Shown here piece after piece: positions 1 to 6,879 of a stretch of DNA of 64,000 nucleotides. The stretch is from an uncultured Candidatus Saccharibacteria bacterium. Lineage in GTDB: Bacteria; Patescibacteriota; Saccharimonadia; Saccharimonadales; CAYUUR01. The notes below the pieces were generated by a model. That model searched no databases. It saw only the letters and a program-made list of their open reading frames with translations, and had not been told where the DNA came from. Within the stretch, counting starts at the first letter, position 1. Every line of letters begins with the position of its first letter. Location: assembly GCA_964448075.1 (NCBI GenBank), contig CAYUUR010000002.1, forward strand, positions 158,010-222,009, read 5' to 3'. The translations under genes and the position numbers were made by a program.

Positions 1-681
1 CCAGTAGCGGCTGGTGTAATCGTTCTTGCGAAAGAATGCTCCTGAGCGTTTGGCGGTAATATTCATGAGCGTGGCAAGCAAATCAAGCTTTTCTTTGCTG
101 ACGGGATGTTTTTCTACTCTTACCCCAAGGCGTTCCGCTAGTCTTACCTCGTATCGAGCTCGTTTCTTCATTCGCGACAGAAGCGCGTCAGCGTCACCCG
201 ACAAGTCAACAATAACGGTATTACGATGTTGTACAGAATGAGCTTTTAGCCAGCCGACTTGCTGCATCGCATCAACAAGTTGGTCTGAATATGGTTGGTA
301 TAGTTCTAATTTGAACACCAGGCCTCTTCCGTATTGGTTCTTGAGTTGTTCGGTGATCGCACCGACGTTATGCGTGGTTATACCAGATACTTCGGGTGCA
401 TAGTGAAGTCTACCTAGTCCAGGGACTGTCCGTGAAAACACCTGTATTGGGACGACACCATCAGAGGTGTAGGCAACATAGCGCGATATCGGCCACTGGC
501 TGTGCGACTTTGACACTCCCCAAGCACTCGACTGCATGTAGTGAGGCGTAGCAGTAGACTCCATGAGAAGCTTGTCCCAAGCGGCTTCTTCTGGTGTATA
601 TTCGGTGGCTGTTATCGTCTGTCTTTTGGTTGTCAGTTTGCTCAACCAATACTTGGATAACGGCAAGGACAGCTCTTTCAT
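1..681 (-). CDS. FemAB-family peptidoglycan interpeptide-bridge aminoacyltransferase (N-terminal part; 3' end runs off the window)
   Basis: Absent from the ORF track because it has no stop inside the window. Manual minus-strand translation from ATG at 681-679 gives MKELSLPLSKYWLSKLTTKRQTITATEYTPEEAAWDKLLMESTATPHYMQSSAWGVSKSHSQWPISRYVAYTSDGVVPIQVFSRTVPGLGRLHYAPEVSG...QQVGWLKAHSVQHRNTVIVDLSGDADALLSRMKKRARYEVRLAERLGVRVEK, open to position 1. The layout matches the FemA/FemB/FemX family as I remember it. Confidence 0.6.
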   Translation of the reverse strand, partial: MKELSLPLSKYWLSKLTTKRQTITATEYTPEEAAWDKLLMESTATPHYMQSSAWGVSKSHSQWPISRYVAYTSDGVVPIQVFSRTVPGLGRLHYAPEVSGITTHNVGAITEQLKNQYGRGLVFKLELYQPYSDQLVDAMQQVGWLKAHSVQHRNTVIVDLSGDADALLSRMKKRARYEVRLAERLGVRVEKHPVSKEKLDLLATLMNITAKRSGAFFRKNDYTSRYW

Positions 682-789
682 CTAAACCCCTCGCATAACG
701 GTTACGTATATCATCCCGTAACAACAACAGCAAGTCAAATAAAACAGCTGTGATGAAGCTTTTTAACAACACACCTCAACGGAGCAGAG

Positions 790-1344
790 CTAGAATCGTA
801 TGCGCTGCATGAACTTGTCTACAGGGTCTTGTTGGCGCTCTTCGTAGGGTAATTCTGCGCTGAGAACATCAAGAATCTTTTGTTCGTCCTCAGGAGCATA
901 GTACATGGTCACACCAGTAGCAAAACGCTTGAGCGGCAAGAGCATGATTGAATTGATTGCTCCTTCATTAATAACAGAGAATGATTTGAAGTCTTGGTAT
1001 GGGTAAAACCTTTCCTCCACTTGCAATCCGTGATCACCAAGGTGATATCGCAGTGTCCGAGGTTTTCGGGCTGCTACAATCGCTAGTAGTATTGCGAATA
1101 TAAGCAAAGAAATACTTGAAATGATGTCCCTGGTCAGAAGATATACTACGACGCTCAGACCAAACGCGCCCAGGATAAGAATGAGGTACCAGTTGCTGTT
1201 TTTTTGGTGAGCCAGAAATTCAGAGGCTGTCCATTGCACACCATCCATGTTGGCCGCATGAGGTAAATGATCAGACTGAACAGATGATTGTTCTGGCTGA
1301 AATTGCCACTGCGGAGGTGTAACTGGACTGTCTTGCATAAGCAT
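790..1344 (-). CDS. hypothetical membrane protein (two adjacent TM helices plus C-terminal soluble domain)
   Basis: 184-aa ORF with an ATG start. TM pair WYLILILGAFGLSVVVYLL / ISSISLLIFAILLAIVAA is followed by about 90 aa of soluble sequence. No family recognised. Confidence 0.5.
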   Translation of the reverse strand: MLMQDSPVTPPQWQFQPEQSSVQSDHLPHAANMDGVQWTASEFLAHQKNSNWYLILILGAFGLSVVVYLLTRDIISSISLLIFAILLAIVAARKPRTLRYHLGDHGLQVEERFYPYQDFKSFSVINEGAINSIMLLPLKRFATGVTMYYAPEDEQKILDVLSAELPYEERQQDPVDKFMQRIRF

Positions 1345-1401
1345 ATTGTATCATTCTGACGGCTGCATGGAGAAAAAACGGGTAGGAATAACAGCGTAAT
1401 C

Positions 1402-1410
1402 TGGTATAAT
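1402..1410 (+). promoter_or_regulatory. candidate extended -10 promoter element (TGGTATAAT) for the tRNA-Ser transcription unit
   Basis: TGnTATAAT match about 120 nt upstream of tRNA-Ser(GCT). No convincing -35 element. Confidence 0.35.
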
Positions 1411-1436
1411 CTCCTCTGTTACGCGTTTTTATTTGT

Positions 1437-1491
1437 GAAGAGGCAGCCTAAGTGGCCCAAGTGAACAATTGGGACGGTTTGTTCGCAAACC
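1437..1491 (+). pseudogene. degenerate tRNA-Ser-like 5' half in the leader of tRNA-Ser(GCT)
   Basis: GAAGAGG..AAGTGGC..GACGGTTTG occur in the same order as in the 5' half of the tRNA at 1532-1570. There is no T-arm or acceptor 3' strand. The anticodon-arm equivalent is a perfect 6-bp stem with a TTCG loop (1476-1491). Confidence 0.35.
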
Positions 1492-1531
1492 ACAGAGCTT
1501 AGCACGTACGCGTTAACAGATGTATATTTAT

Positions 1532-1624
1532 GGAGAGGTACCCAAGTGGCTGAAGGGGACGGTTTGCTAAATCGTTAGTGGGGCGAGAGTCCCAGCGAGG
1601 GTTCGAATCCCTCTCTCTCCGCCA
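1532..1624 (+). tRNA. tRNA-Ser (anticodon GCT), class II with long variable arm, CCA encoded
   Basis: Hand-folded cloverleaf. Acceptor GGAGAGG/TCTCTCC, anticodon stem ACGGT/ATCGT with loop TTGCTAA, T-arm GAGGG-TTCGAAT-CCCTC, 3' GCCA. Confidence 0.85.
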
Positions 1625-1672
1625 TGAACCTTTGTGGTTCATGACACAACCAAAGAAAGGAGCTCAAGTACA

Positions 1673-1888
1673 ATGCATCGTAATGAAACAGACCCATGCA
1701 CAATGGCAGGAGAGGGAAGTTACGAGGACGTAAGCGTCCGTGGTGTTGGTTTTGCTCCAAAGAAACGTGTTCACCTGGTGTTGCCACCAGATGTTCGTAC
1801 CCCTGATGACCTAGCTGTCTTTCTTGAGTCAGAAAGCGTCAAAGAAGTGGGAACGGTAGCGCTTGAAGCGCTCCGAAATGTCCGCTAA
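1673..1888 (+). CDS. small acidic hypothetical protein (71 aa) between the two tRNA-Ser genes
   Basis: ATG at 1673 is preceded by AAAGGAG about 10 nt upstream. The ORF-track version starts earlier at 1634. Stop TAA at 1886-1888 directly abuts the next tRNA. No family recognised. Confidence 0.35.
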   Translation: MHRNETDPCTMAGEGSYEDVSVRGVGFAPKKRVHLVLPPDVRTPDDLAVFLESESVKEVGTVALEALRNVR

Positions 1889-1979
<91 letters not shown>

Positions 1980-1987
1980 GAGTAAAG

Positions 1988-2012
1988 GACTCACCAACAA
2001 GGTGGGTCTTTT
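1988..2012 (+). terminator. rho-independent terminator after tRNA-Ser(TGA)
   Basis: Stem GACTCACC / GGTGGGTC (one G-T pair), loop AACAA, then TTTT. Confidence 0.5.
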
Positions 2013-2076
2013 GCTTCTCGTAGAGAAGTGGGGGATTCAAACCCAATGCGGTTCGGTCATTCGAAGAATGTGCGTT

Positions 2077-2134
2077 ATCCCACCCTCTCCGCCAGGAGTA
2101 AGCGACCCGATTTGTCGGGTCGTTTGCTTCTCGT
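2077..2134 (+). repeat. second copy of the tRNA-Ser 3' end plus terminator module (direct repeat of 1961-2021)
   Basis: The 25-nt sequence ATCCCACCCTCTCCGCCAGGAGTAA is exact at 1961-1985 and 2077-2101. The 12-mer TTTGCTTCTCGT is exact at 2010-2021 and 2123-2134. The hairpin between them differs in sequence but not in structure. Confidence 0.8.
2103..2129 (+). terminator. hairpin plus T-rich tract inside the duplicated module
   Basis: Stem CGACCCGA / TCGGGTCG, loop TTTG, then TTTGCTT. Confidence 0.4.
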
Positions 2135-2143
2135 GAAGCAGTT

Positions 2144-2809
2144 TTACTGTTTTTGGGCAAAGACAACTGCGTCGACACGCTTAACGCCTGCCTGTTTGAG
2201 ACAGCGCGCAGCGGCTTGAAGTGTCGCACCAGTTGTCAGTACATCATCGACAAGTAAAACCTGTTCGGGCAAGGGGTCGCGTTGTTTTTTTGCCATGAAG
2301 AAGTCCTTCGCTTGCGACACACGAATAGAACGCTCAGCGCCAACTTGGCGTTGCTGACCACAACGAACTAATAATGAACGGTGGGGTAGGGACCTAAGCC
2401 GTGCAAGTTCTCGAGCTACCAACTGTGATTGGTCATAGCCTCTTTGCCGAATACGACTTGTTGCGGTTGGCACATGGCTTATCGTTACTCCTGTCAGTAT
2501 TGGTAATGTATCGTCAATCTGCACAGTTATCGGTTTATAGGCATCCTTGGCTCGCTCAAACTTCAGCTTATGTATGAGCTGTTTGGGTAGGTCTTCGTAT
2601 TCACAACTTGCCCAAATATGCCTGAGTGGTCCTTCTGCCCGGCACTTTTTACATACTGCGGCATCGATTGTGAGGGCCTTGCAGCGATAACAACGCGAAG
2701 GAATAGTGCGCAAACCGCTCAATCTACAAGAGTCGCACAATAAAGTGTCTTCACGACCACAAGCCAAACAGTAGTGGGGAGCAAGCACCCGAATAATTGC
2801 ATCCAACAT
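2144..2809 (-). CDS. comFC: ComF-family protein (phosphoribosyltransferase-type competence protein ComFC)
   Basis: N-terminal Cys clusters (CLACG...CDSC, CYRC...CKKC) and C-terminal PRTase motif VLLVDDVLTTGATL. The ORF-track start at 2827 is TTG; the first ATG (MLDAIIRVL) is at 2809. Confidence 0.75.
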   Translation of the reverse strand: MLDAIIRVLAPHYCLACGREDTLLCDSCRLSGLRTIPSRCYRCKALTIDAAVCKKCRAEGPLRHIWASCEYEDLPKQLIHKLKFERAKDAYKPITVQIDDTLPILTGVTISHVPTATSRIRQRGYDQSQLVARELARLRSLPHRSLLVRCGQQRQVGAERSIRVSQAKDFFMAKKQRDPLPEQVLLVDDVLTTGATLQAAARCLKQAGVKRVDAVVFAQKQ

Positions 2810-2867
2810 ACTGCTATCATATCGCAACTGTTGTGTTTAATATGTTGTAAATAGATACCTCTAGACG

Positions 2868-2897
2868 TTGCGTTATTTTTATCGTCTACGATATACT
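2868..2897 (+). promoter_or_regulatory. candidate sigma70-type promoter for hsp20 (TTGCGT-18-TATACT)
   Basis: Hexamers at 2868-2873 and 2892-2897, about 55 nt upstream of the hsp20 ATG. Sequence match only. Confidence 0.25.
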
Positions 2898-2953
2898 GTA
2901 TGCAAATAGAAAAACTACAAAAAATTTACTAAGGACGTACGTGGAGGGTAACA

Positions 2954-3436
2954 ATGGCACGACGCAACCGTGATGACGATCTGTTGATGGAAGACGAACT
3001 AACCGCTGCATTTTTGGGCGACGATGACCTTCCAACAACCGCAAGTGCTCCGGCACCAGCAGCAGCACAGCAGGATGCACCAGTGGATGAATGGGACGAA
3101 GAAGAGGCTGTACCAGGACAGTTAGCTGTCGACGTGTATGAAACTAAAGACCGGCTCATGGTCAAAGCGCGAACAGCAGGTGTTAACAAGGGTGATTTAG
3201 ATGTCAGTATCTCTGATAATACTCTGAGTGTCCGCGGTACGCTTTCTGCAGGCACCGAAGAAGATGTTGAAAACTACTTTGTTCAGGAATGTTACTGGGG
3301 CGAATTCTCTCGTAGCATTGCACTACCTGTACCTGTCAAAGAAGACGAGGTAGAAGCAGTACTCAAAGACGGTGTTCTAACTATTAGCTTCAAGAAGCTC
3401 AAACAAGACACTGTTAAGAAGATCCAGGTACTTTAG
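2954..3436 (+). CDS. Hsp20/alpha-crystallin family small heat-shock protein
   Basis: 160 aa with SD GGAGGG 5 nt upstream. The alpha-crystallin domain runs from AVDVYETKDRLMVKARTAGVNKGDLDVSISDNTLSVRG to FSRSIALPVPVKEDEVEAVLKDGVLTISF. Confidence 0.85.
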   Translation: MARRNRDDDLLMEDELTAAFLGDDDLPTTASAPAPAAAQQDAPVDEWDEEEAVPGQLAVDVYETKDRLMVKARTAGVNKGDLDVSISDNTLSVRGTLSAGTEEDVENYFVQECYWGEFSRSIALPVPVKEDEVEAVLKDGVLTISFKKLKQDTVKKIQVL

Positions 3437-3454
3437 TAATACACCTTGGACACA

Positions 3455-3490
3455 GCAAAACCCCCGAGCCAACGCACGGGGGTTTTGCTT
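3455..3490 (+). terminator. rho-independent terminator after hsp20
   Basis: GCAAAACCCCCG ... CGGGGGTTTTGC, a 12-bp stem followed by TT. Confidence 0.6.
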
Positions 3491-3531
3491 GTATCCACCC
3501 AATAAGATCTCGGCGTGACTTTACCGCACAC

Positions 3532-3562
3532 AAAAAAACCCTTGGATAATCCAGGGGTTTTT
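3532..3562 (-). terminator. rho-independent terminator ending the pilin operon (looks bidirectional)
   Basis: AAAAAAACCCTTGGA TAA TCCAGGGGTTTTT. On the minus strand the hairpin is followed by a run of 7 T, 19 nt downstream of the stop at 3581. Confidence 0.6.
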
Positions 3563-3580
3563 GAGTAGTCGCAGGATTAT

Positions 3581-3988
3581 TTAGGTTTCGACCTGTCCGA
3601 GTACGAAGCGCACGATAACCTGCGAAAGAGCAACAACTACAAGACCGATGATCGCGTAGAGGATGGTGTTCTTGGCGCCAGATACATTGCCTGAATCACC
3701 ACCTGAAGTAATGTACTTCAGACCACCGACGATAATCATAATAACCGATATAACACCAACCACGAAAGAGAAGACGTTAATAACGGTTTCGATGATGTTG
3801 TCCACAGATTCTTCTGGGCTTTCGGTGCCACAGTTTGGGTCGCTGACATTGAGACAAGCGCCTTTGTTGAGACTATCTTCGATGTTTGCTTCCGCACTGA
3901 CTACACCACTTACGGCCATCATTGGCAGCACGGCCGCCGCAAACACAAGTGCTGCGTTGGCGAGTGTTAGTTTAATCTTTTTAATCAT
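3581..3988 (-). CDS. T4SS pilin-like protein (TrbC/VirB2-type membrane hairpin), paralog 1
   Basis: 135 aa. Signal peptide ends VVSA. Cys bracket CLNVSDPNC, then TM-loop-TM module VISVIMIIVGGLKYITSGGDSGNVSGAKNTILYAIIGLVVVAL. An 83-nt spacer lies upstream and a terminator downstream. Confidence 0.7.
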   Translation of the reverse strand: MIKKIKLTLANAALVFAAAVLPMMAVSGVVSAEANIEDSLNKGACLNVSDPNCGTESPEESVDNIIETVINVFSFVVGVISVIMIIVGGLKYITSGGDSGNVSGAKNTILYAIIGLVVVALSQVIVRFVLGQVET

Positions 3989-4021
3989 ATCTGTTATGTA
4001 ACCTTTCTTTATGCTGCTTTG

Positions 4022-4051
4022 TTTATACCATAATCACTTCGGTATCATCAA
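4022..4051 (-). promoter_or_regulatory. candidate promoter for pilin paralog 1 (TTGATG-18-TATAAA on the minus strand)
   Basis: Hexamers at 4051-4046 and 4027-4022 (minus strand) in the only sizeable spacer of the pilin operon. Sequence match only. Confidence 0.3.
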
Positions 4052-4071
4052 GTATTTTCTGCGTAACAAGG

Positions 4072-4476
4072 CTATATCTGCTTTAGAACAAATCGCACAA
4101 TCACCTGAGACATTGCCACTACCACTAGGCCAACAATTGCATACAGGATGGTGTCTTTTGCGCTCGACACCTTACTGCTGTCACCCCCTGAAGTTACATA
4201 CTTGAGCCCACCAATAATAACCATGATTACTGATATCACACCCACTACAAAGCTCAGGACATTAATAACTTTGCCGATGGTGCTATCCACGGTGCCGGTC
4301 TTTGGGTCGGCATCACAACCGCTTGTGCCCGTCGTGAGTCCAAGTCCTTTACAGACTTCGTCTTTGGCAACTTGAGCAGAAACGAGTGCAGGGGAGGCAG
4401 CACCTGCCAACGAAACACCAACTACAAAGAGTAGTAATGTACTTGTGAGTATGTGTTTTAGTTTTTTCATCATCAT
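4072..4476 (-). CDS. T4SS pilin-like protein, paralog 2
   Basis: 134 aa. Signal peptide ends LVSA. Cys bracket CKGLGLTTGTSGC, then module VISVIMVIIGGLKYVTSGGDSSKVSSAKDTILYAIVGLVVVAM. Confidence 0.7.
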   Translation of the reverse strand: MMMKKLKHILTSTLLLFVVGVSLAGAASPALVSAQVAKDEVCKGLGLTTGTSGCDADPKTGTVDSTIGKVINVLSFVVGVISVIMVIIGGLKYVTSGGDSSKVSSAKDTILYAIVGLVVVAMSQVIVRFVLKQI

Positions 4477-4481
4477 CCTTA

Positions 4482-4874
4482 TTATATGTTATTTACTACG
4501 AATACGACTATACTTTGCGCCACTACAATTACAATCAAACCGATAACAGCAAACAGTAGGGTGTTGCGTGCGCCAGCTACACCTTGAGGGTCACCGTGGG
4601 AGGTGGTAAAGCGTATACCGGCGATAATGATCATTATGACTGCAATGACGCCTGCTACGATGGCGATAAACCCGGTGACGCGCGTCAAGATTCCATCTTT
4701 GCCCGCTACTGGGTTAGCGTCAGGGTTGTTCTTTTTCTCAAGACAAACCGATGAATTAGCGCCAGTACCATTACAGTCTACGCTCTGGAGCGGATCAACA
4801 GCATGAACAGTTGCTGGAGCAAGGAGTAGCAGGGTAGTCGTTAGTGAAGCGATGAGAATTTTAAACTTTTTCAT
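4482..4874 (-). CDS. T4SS pilin-like protein, paralog 3
   Basis: 130 aa. Signal peptide ends TVHA. Cys bracket CNGTGANSSVC, then module VIAVIMIIIAGIRFTTSHGDPQGVAGARNTLLFAVIGLIVIVV. Confidence 0.65.
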   Translation of the reverse strand: MKKFKILIASLTTTLLLLAPATVHAVDPLQSVDCNGTGANSSVCLEKKNNPDANPVAGKDGILTRVTGFIAIVAGVIAVIMIIIAGIRFTTSHGDPQGVAGARNTLLFAVIGLIVIVVAQSIVVFVVNNI

Positions 4875-4876
4875 TT

Positions 4877-5149
4877 TTACAATCCATTTACTACAAATTT
4901 AGTAATAGCAAAGGCGAACATGACGATTATGAGACCGATCACCGCATAAATTATGGTGTTCTTAGCCTTGGCGGTTTGTTGTGGTTCGCCCTGAGAAATA
5001 ATGTACTGCACGCCAGCAATCGTGATAATAAGTACACATAATGCGCCCGCGACACCGAGTACGAGTGAGAACGCCGTCTCAACAGTACTACTGTTTGTAG
5101 TTACCTGTGGAAGGCCGGTTTCTAGCTGAGCGAATATTCGTGCGTTCAT
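4877..5149 (-). CDS. T4SS pilin-like protein, paralog 4 (minimal, 90 aa, no obvious signal peptide)
   Basis: Starts MNARIFAQ and has no Cys bracket. Module LCVLIITIAGVQYIISQGEPQQTAKAKNTIIYAVIGLIIVMF. Its ATG lies 1 nt after the upstream stop. Confidence 0.55.
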   Translation of the reverse strand: MNARIFAQLETGLPQVTTNSSTVETAFSLVLGVAGALCVLIITIAGVQYIISQGEPQQTAKAKNTIIYAVIGLIIVMFAFAITKFVVNGL

Positions 5150-5150
5150 A

Positions 5151-5579
5151 TTAATTGAATTGTCCTGCTAAGAATCTTATAAGTACGACTGCGGTCATGG
5201 TGATTACAAGACCGATGAAAGCATTGAGTACGGTGTCTTTAGCCCGTTTAGTACGGTCTGGTTCACCCTGACTCGTGAGGTATTGTAAACCTCCCCATAT
5301 AATCCAGCCAACCACAACCATACCAATAACCCTTAGTAATATGTCGATAATCGCTAGGCCAACGAGCCAGAAGTCACCGACACCGTTGAGATGAGGGGAA
5401 CAGATAGTGTTTTCGGCGTTTGTCAGGGGATTATAGGTTAGTACCTCTACTCCAGTAAGGTATTGGTACCACGTAGGTATCCCAAAGAATCCTGAGTCCG
5501 GGAATTTGCACGGCACAGGCTCAGCCTGTGCGAATATTCGAACGAGCGAACTAGAAAGTAGGTAGGTAAACGAGTCCAT
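5151..5579 (-). CDS. T4SS pilin-like protein, paralog 5
   Basis: 142 aa. Weak leader ends RIFAQA. Ectodomain with 2 Cys, then module VVVGWIIWGGLQYLTSQGEPDRTKRAKDTVLNAFIGLVITMT. Confidence 0.6.
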   Translation of the reverse strand: MDSFTYLLSSSLVRIFAQAEPVPCKFPDSGFFGIPTWYQYLTGVEVLTYNPLTNAENTICSPHLNGVGDFWLVGLAIIDILLRVIGMVVVGWIIWGGLQYLTSQGEPDRTKRAKDTVLNAFIGLVITMTAVVLIRFLAGQFN

Positions 5580-5582
5580 GAT

Positions 5583-6278
5583 TTAGAAGATTGCCATCGG
5601 TATTAACCAGTTAAGTATAGCATAGGTCATCAGGTAGATTGGTAGCGCAACGAGTAGGGTACTAACGAGGCGTTTTTTGGCCAAACCAGTTTTGTTCGGG
5701 TCACCAGACGCTGTGGCATATTCAAACCCTGCATACATAATTGAACCGATGAGTGCTAAGCCAATACCACCGGTCAAGATCCTAATAAAGGCGAACAGCA
5801 TGTCCACAATCGCGTTGCCTTCACCTTTACAACCGATGTCGAACGATGGGTAGACTTCATAAGCACCGTCTTGCTTGCTTCCACACCTGACTGATTCATT
5901 ACCGGTATACTCGGTTGTAACGATTTTAGATGCGTCGGCCTGTACAGGACGCAAGGTCGCTTCGTCAGGTGCTCCGCTACTCAAACCCAAATTTTCAGGT
6001 TTAGCTATCTTTGGGTCGTCGCATTTGATCTCTACACCAGACTGCGTAATGTCATCACCCCATATGTAGCACCCGGTGAGGGGATTAGGCAGTCCTGCCG
6101 TCTTAAACTGTGATTTTTCTAGGTTATCGATATCGCATACCGCAATTTTTTCGATTTTGCCCTTATTATCATAAAAACATTGAGCACCTGACTGGGCGTT
6201 TGCATTAATAGAGACAGCTATCGAAACAGTTAGTCCCGAAAGTAGGTATAGTGAGATAAAAGTTGGTTTACGCATCAT
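5583..6278 (-). CDS. T4SS pilin-like protein, paralog 6 (large 6-Cys ectodomain)
   Basis: 231 aa. Signal peptide ends NANA. About 150 aa of ectodomain with six Cys, then module GLALIGSIMYAGFEYATASGDPNKTGLAKKRLVSTLLVALPIYL. Confidence 0.55.
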   Translation of the reverse strand: MMRKPTFISLYLLSGLTVSIAVSINANAQSGAQCFYDNKGKIEKIAVCDIDNLEKSQFKTAGLPNPLTGCYIWGDDITQSGVEIKCDDPKIAKPENLGLSSGAPDEATLRPVQADASKIVTTEYTGNESVRCGSKQDGAYEVYPSFDIGCKGEGNAIVDMLFAFIRILTGGIGLALIGSIMYAGFEYATASGDPNKTGLAKKRLVSTLLVALPIYLMTYAILNWLIPMAIF

Positions 6279-6768
6279 TAACTACCTGATGCCCAATAAT
6301 TACCGGTTTATTATTTTCTTTTTGTACACTCAACGTAAGCACGACCCTCTTCTTATTTACCAGCTCACATTTATAAACGTAGTCGGTGGTTGTTTTAGTA
6401 GAAAACTTCTTATCCGTTCGTGCGCAAGTTTTGAAAGTTATTCCGTTCTGTAATCGTTTAATGACAAGTTCTTCGAGTCCAGAGTCTTTAGTAAGTGTTT
6501 TACTCAACATCGACGCTGTATCCGAGTCATATCTTCCGTCGTTCATGTGCTGCATAAAGTCAGCTGCTACTTGGTCAGAGCTTCTGTTATTTACACTTAC
6601 TTCTTGAGGCTTCGTTTCTACGAAAAGGAGAATGCCGCCGAGCACAAATAGCACCAGTAATGAACTAAAGAAAATAATACTCTTGCCAGAAATGCCTTTT
6701 GATTTTTGCACAGGCGTTTCTTGATTCAAGATATAATTGTAGTCTGGCTTGATTGGTTCTTGGTTCAT
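6268..6768 (-). CDS. N-terminally TM-anchored hypothetical protein, first gene of the pilin operon
   Basis: 166 aa. One TM helix (IIFFSSLLVLFVLGGILLFV) followed by about 110 aa of small alpha/beta-looking domain. Overlaps the next gene by 11 nt. A VirB8/PrgL-like role is speculation. Confidence 0.45.
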   Translation of the reverse strand: MNQEPIKPDYNYILNQETPVQKSKGISGKSIIFFSSLLVLFVLGGILLFVETKPQEVSVNNRSSDQVAADFMQHMNDGRYDSDTASMLSKTLTKDSGLEELVIKRLQNGITFKTCARTDKKFSTKTTTDYVYKCELVNKKRVVLTLSVQKENNKPVIIGHQVVNDA

Positions 6769-6879
6769 TTTGATTTTATATTAGCTTATTTCCACTACAG
6801 TTTAACACCTTTTTATTTCAATTGGCCACAAAGAGTACTACAATATGAAAAAGTGGGCTAAAATAGACTTATACCAATT

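Noticed and set aside
461-772. 103-aa minus-strand ORF from the track
   Set aside because: It overlaps, out of frame, the much more convincing FemAB-like reading frame that is open from 681 to the window edge. It has no recognisable motifs.
5131-5540. Identical 10-nt palindrome CGAATATTCG at 5131-5140 and 5531-5540, exactly 400 nt apart; considered as paired operator sites
   Set aside because: Both copies encode the shared RIFA(Q) peptide at the N-termini of two paralogous pilin-like genes. Common ancestry of the coding sequence is the simpler explanation.
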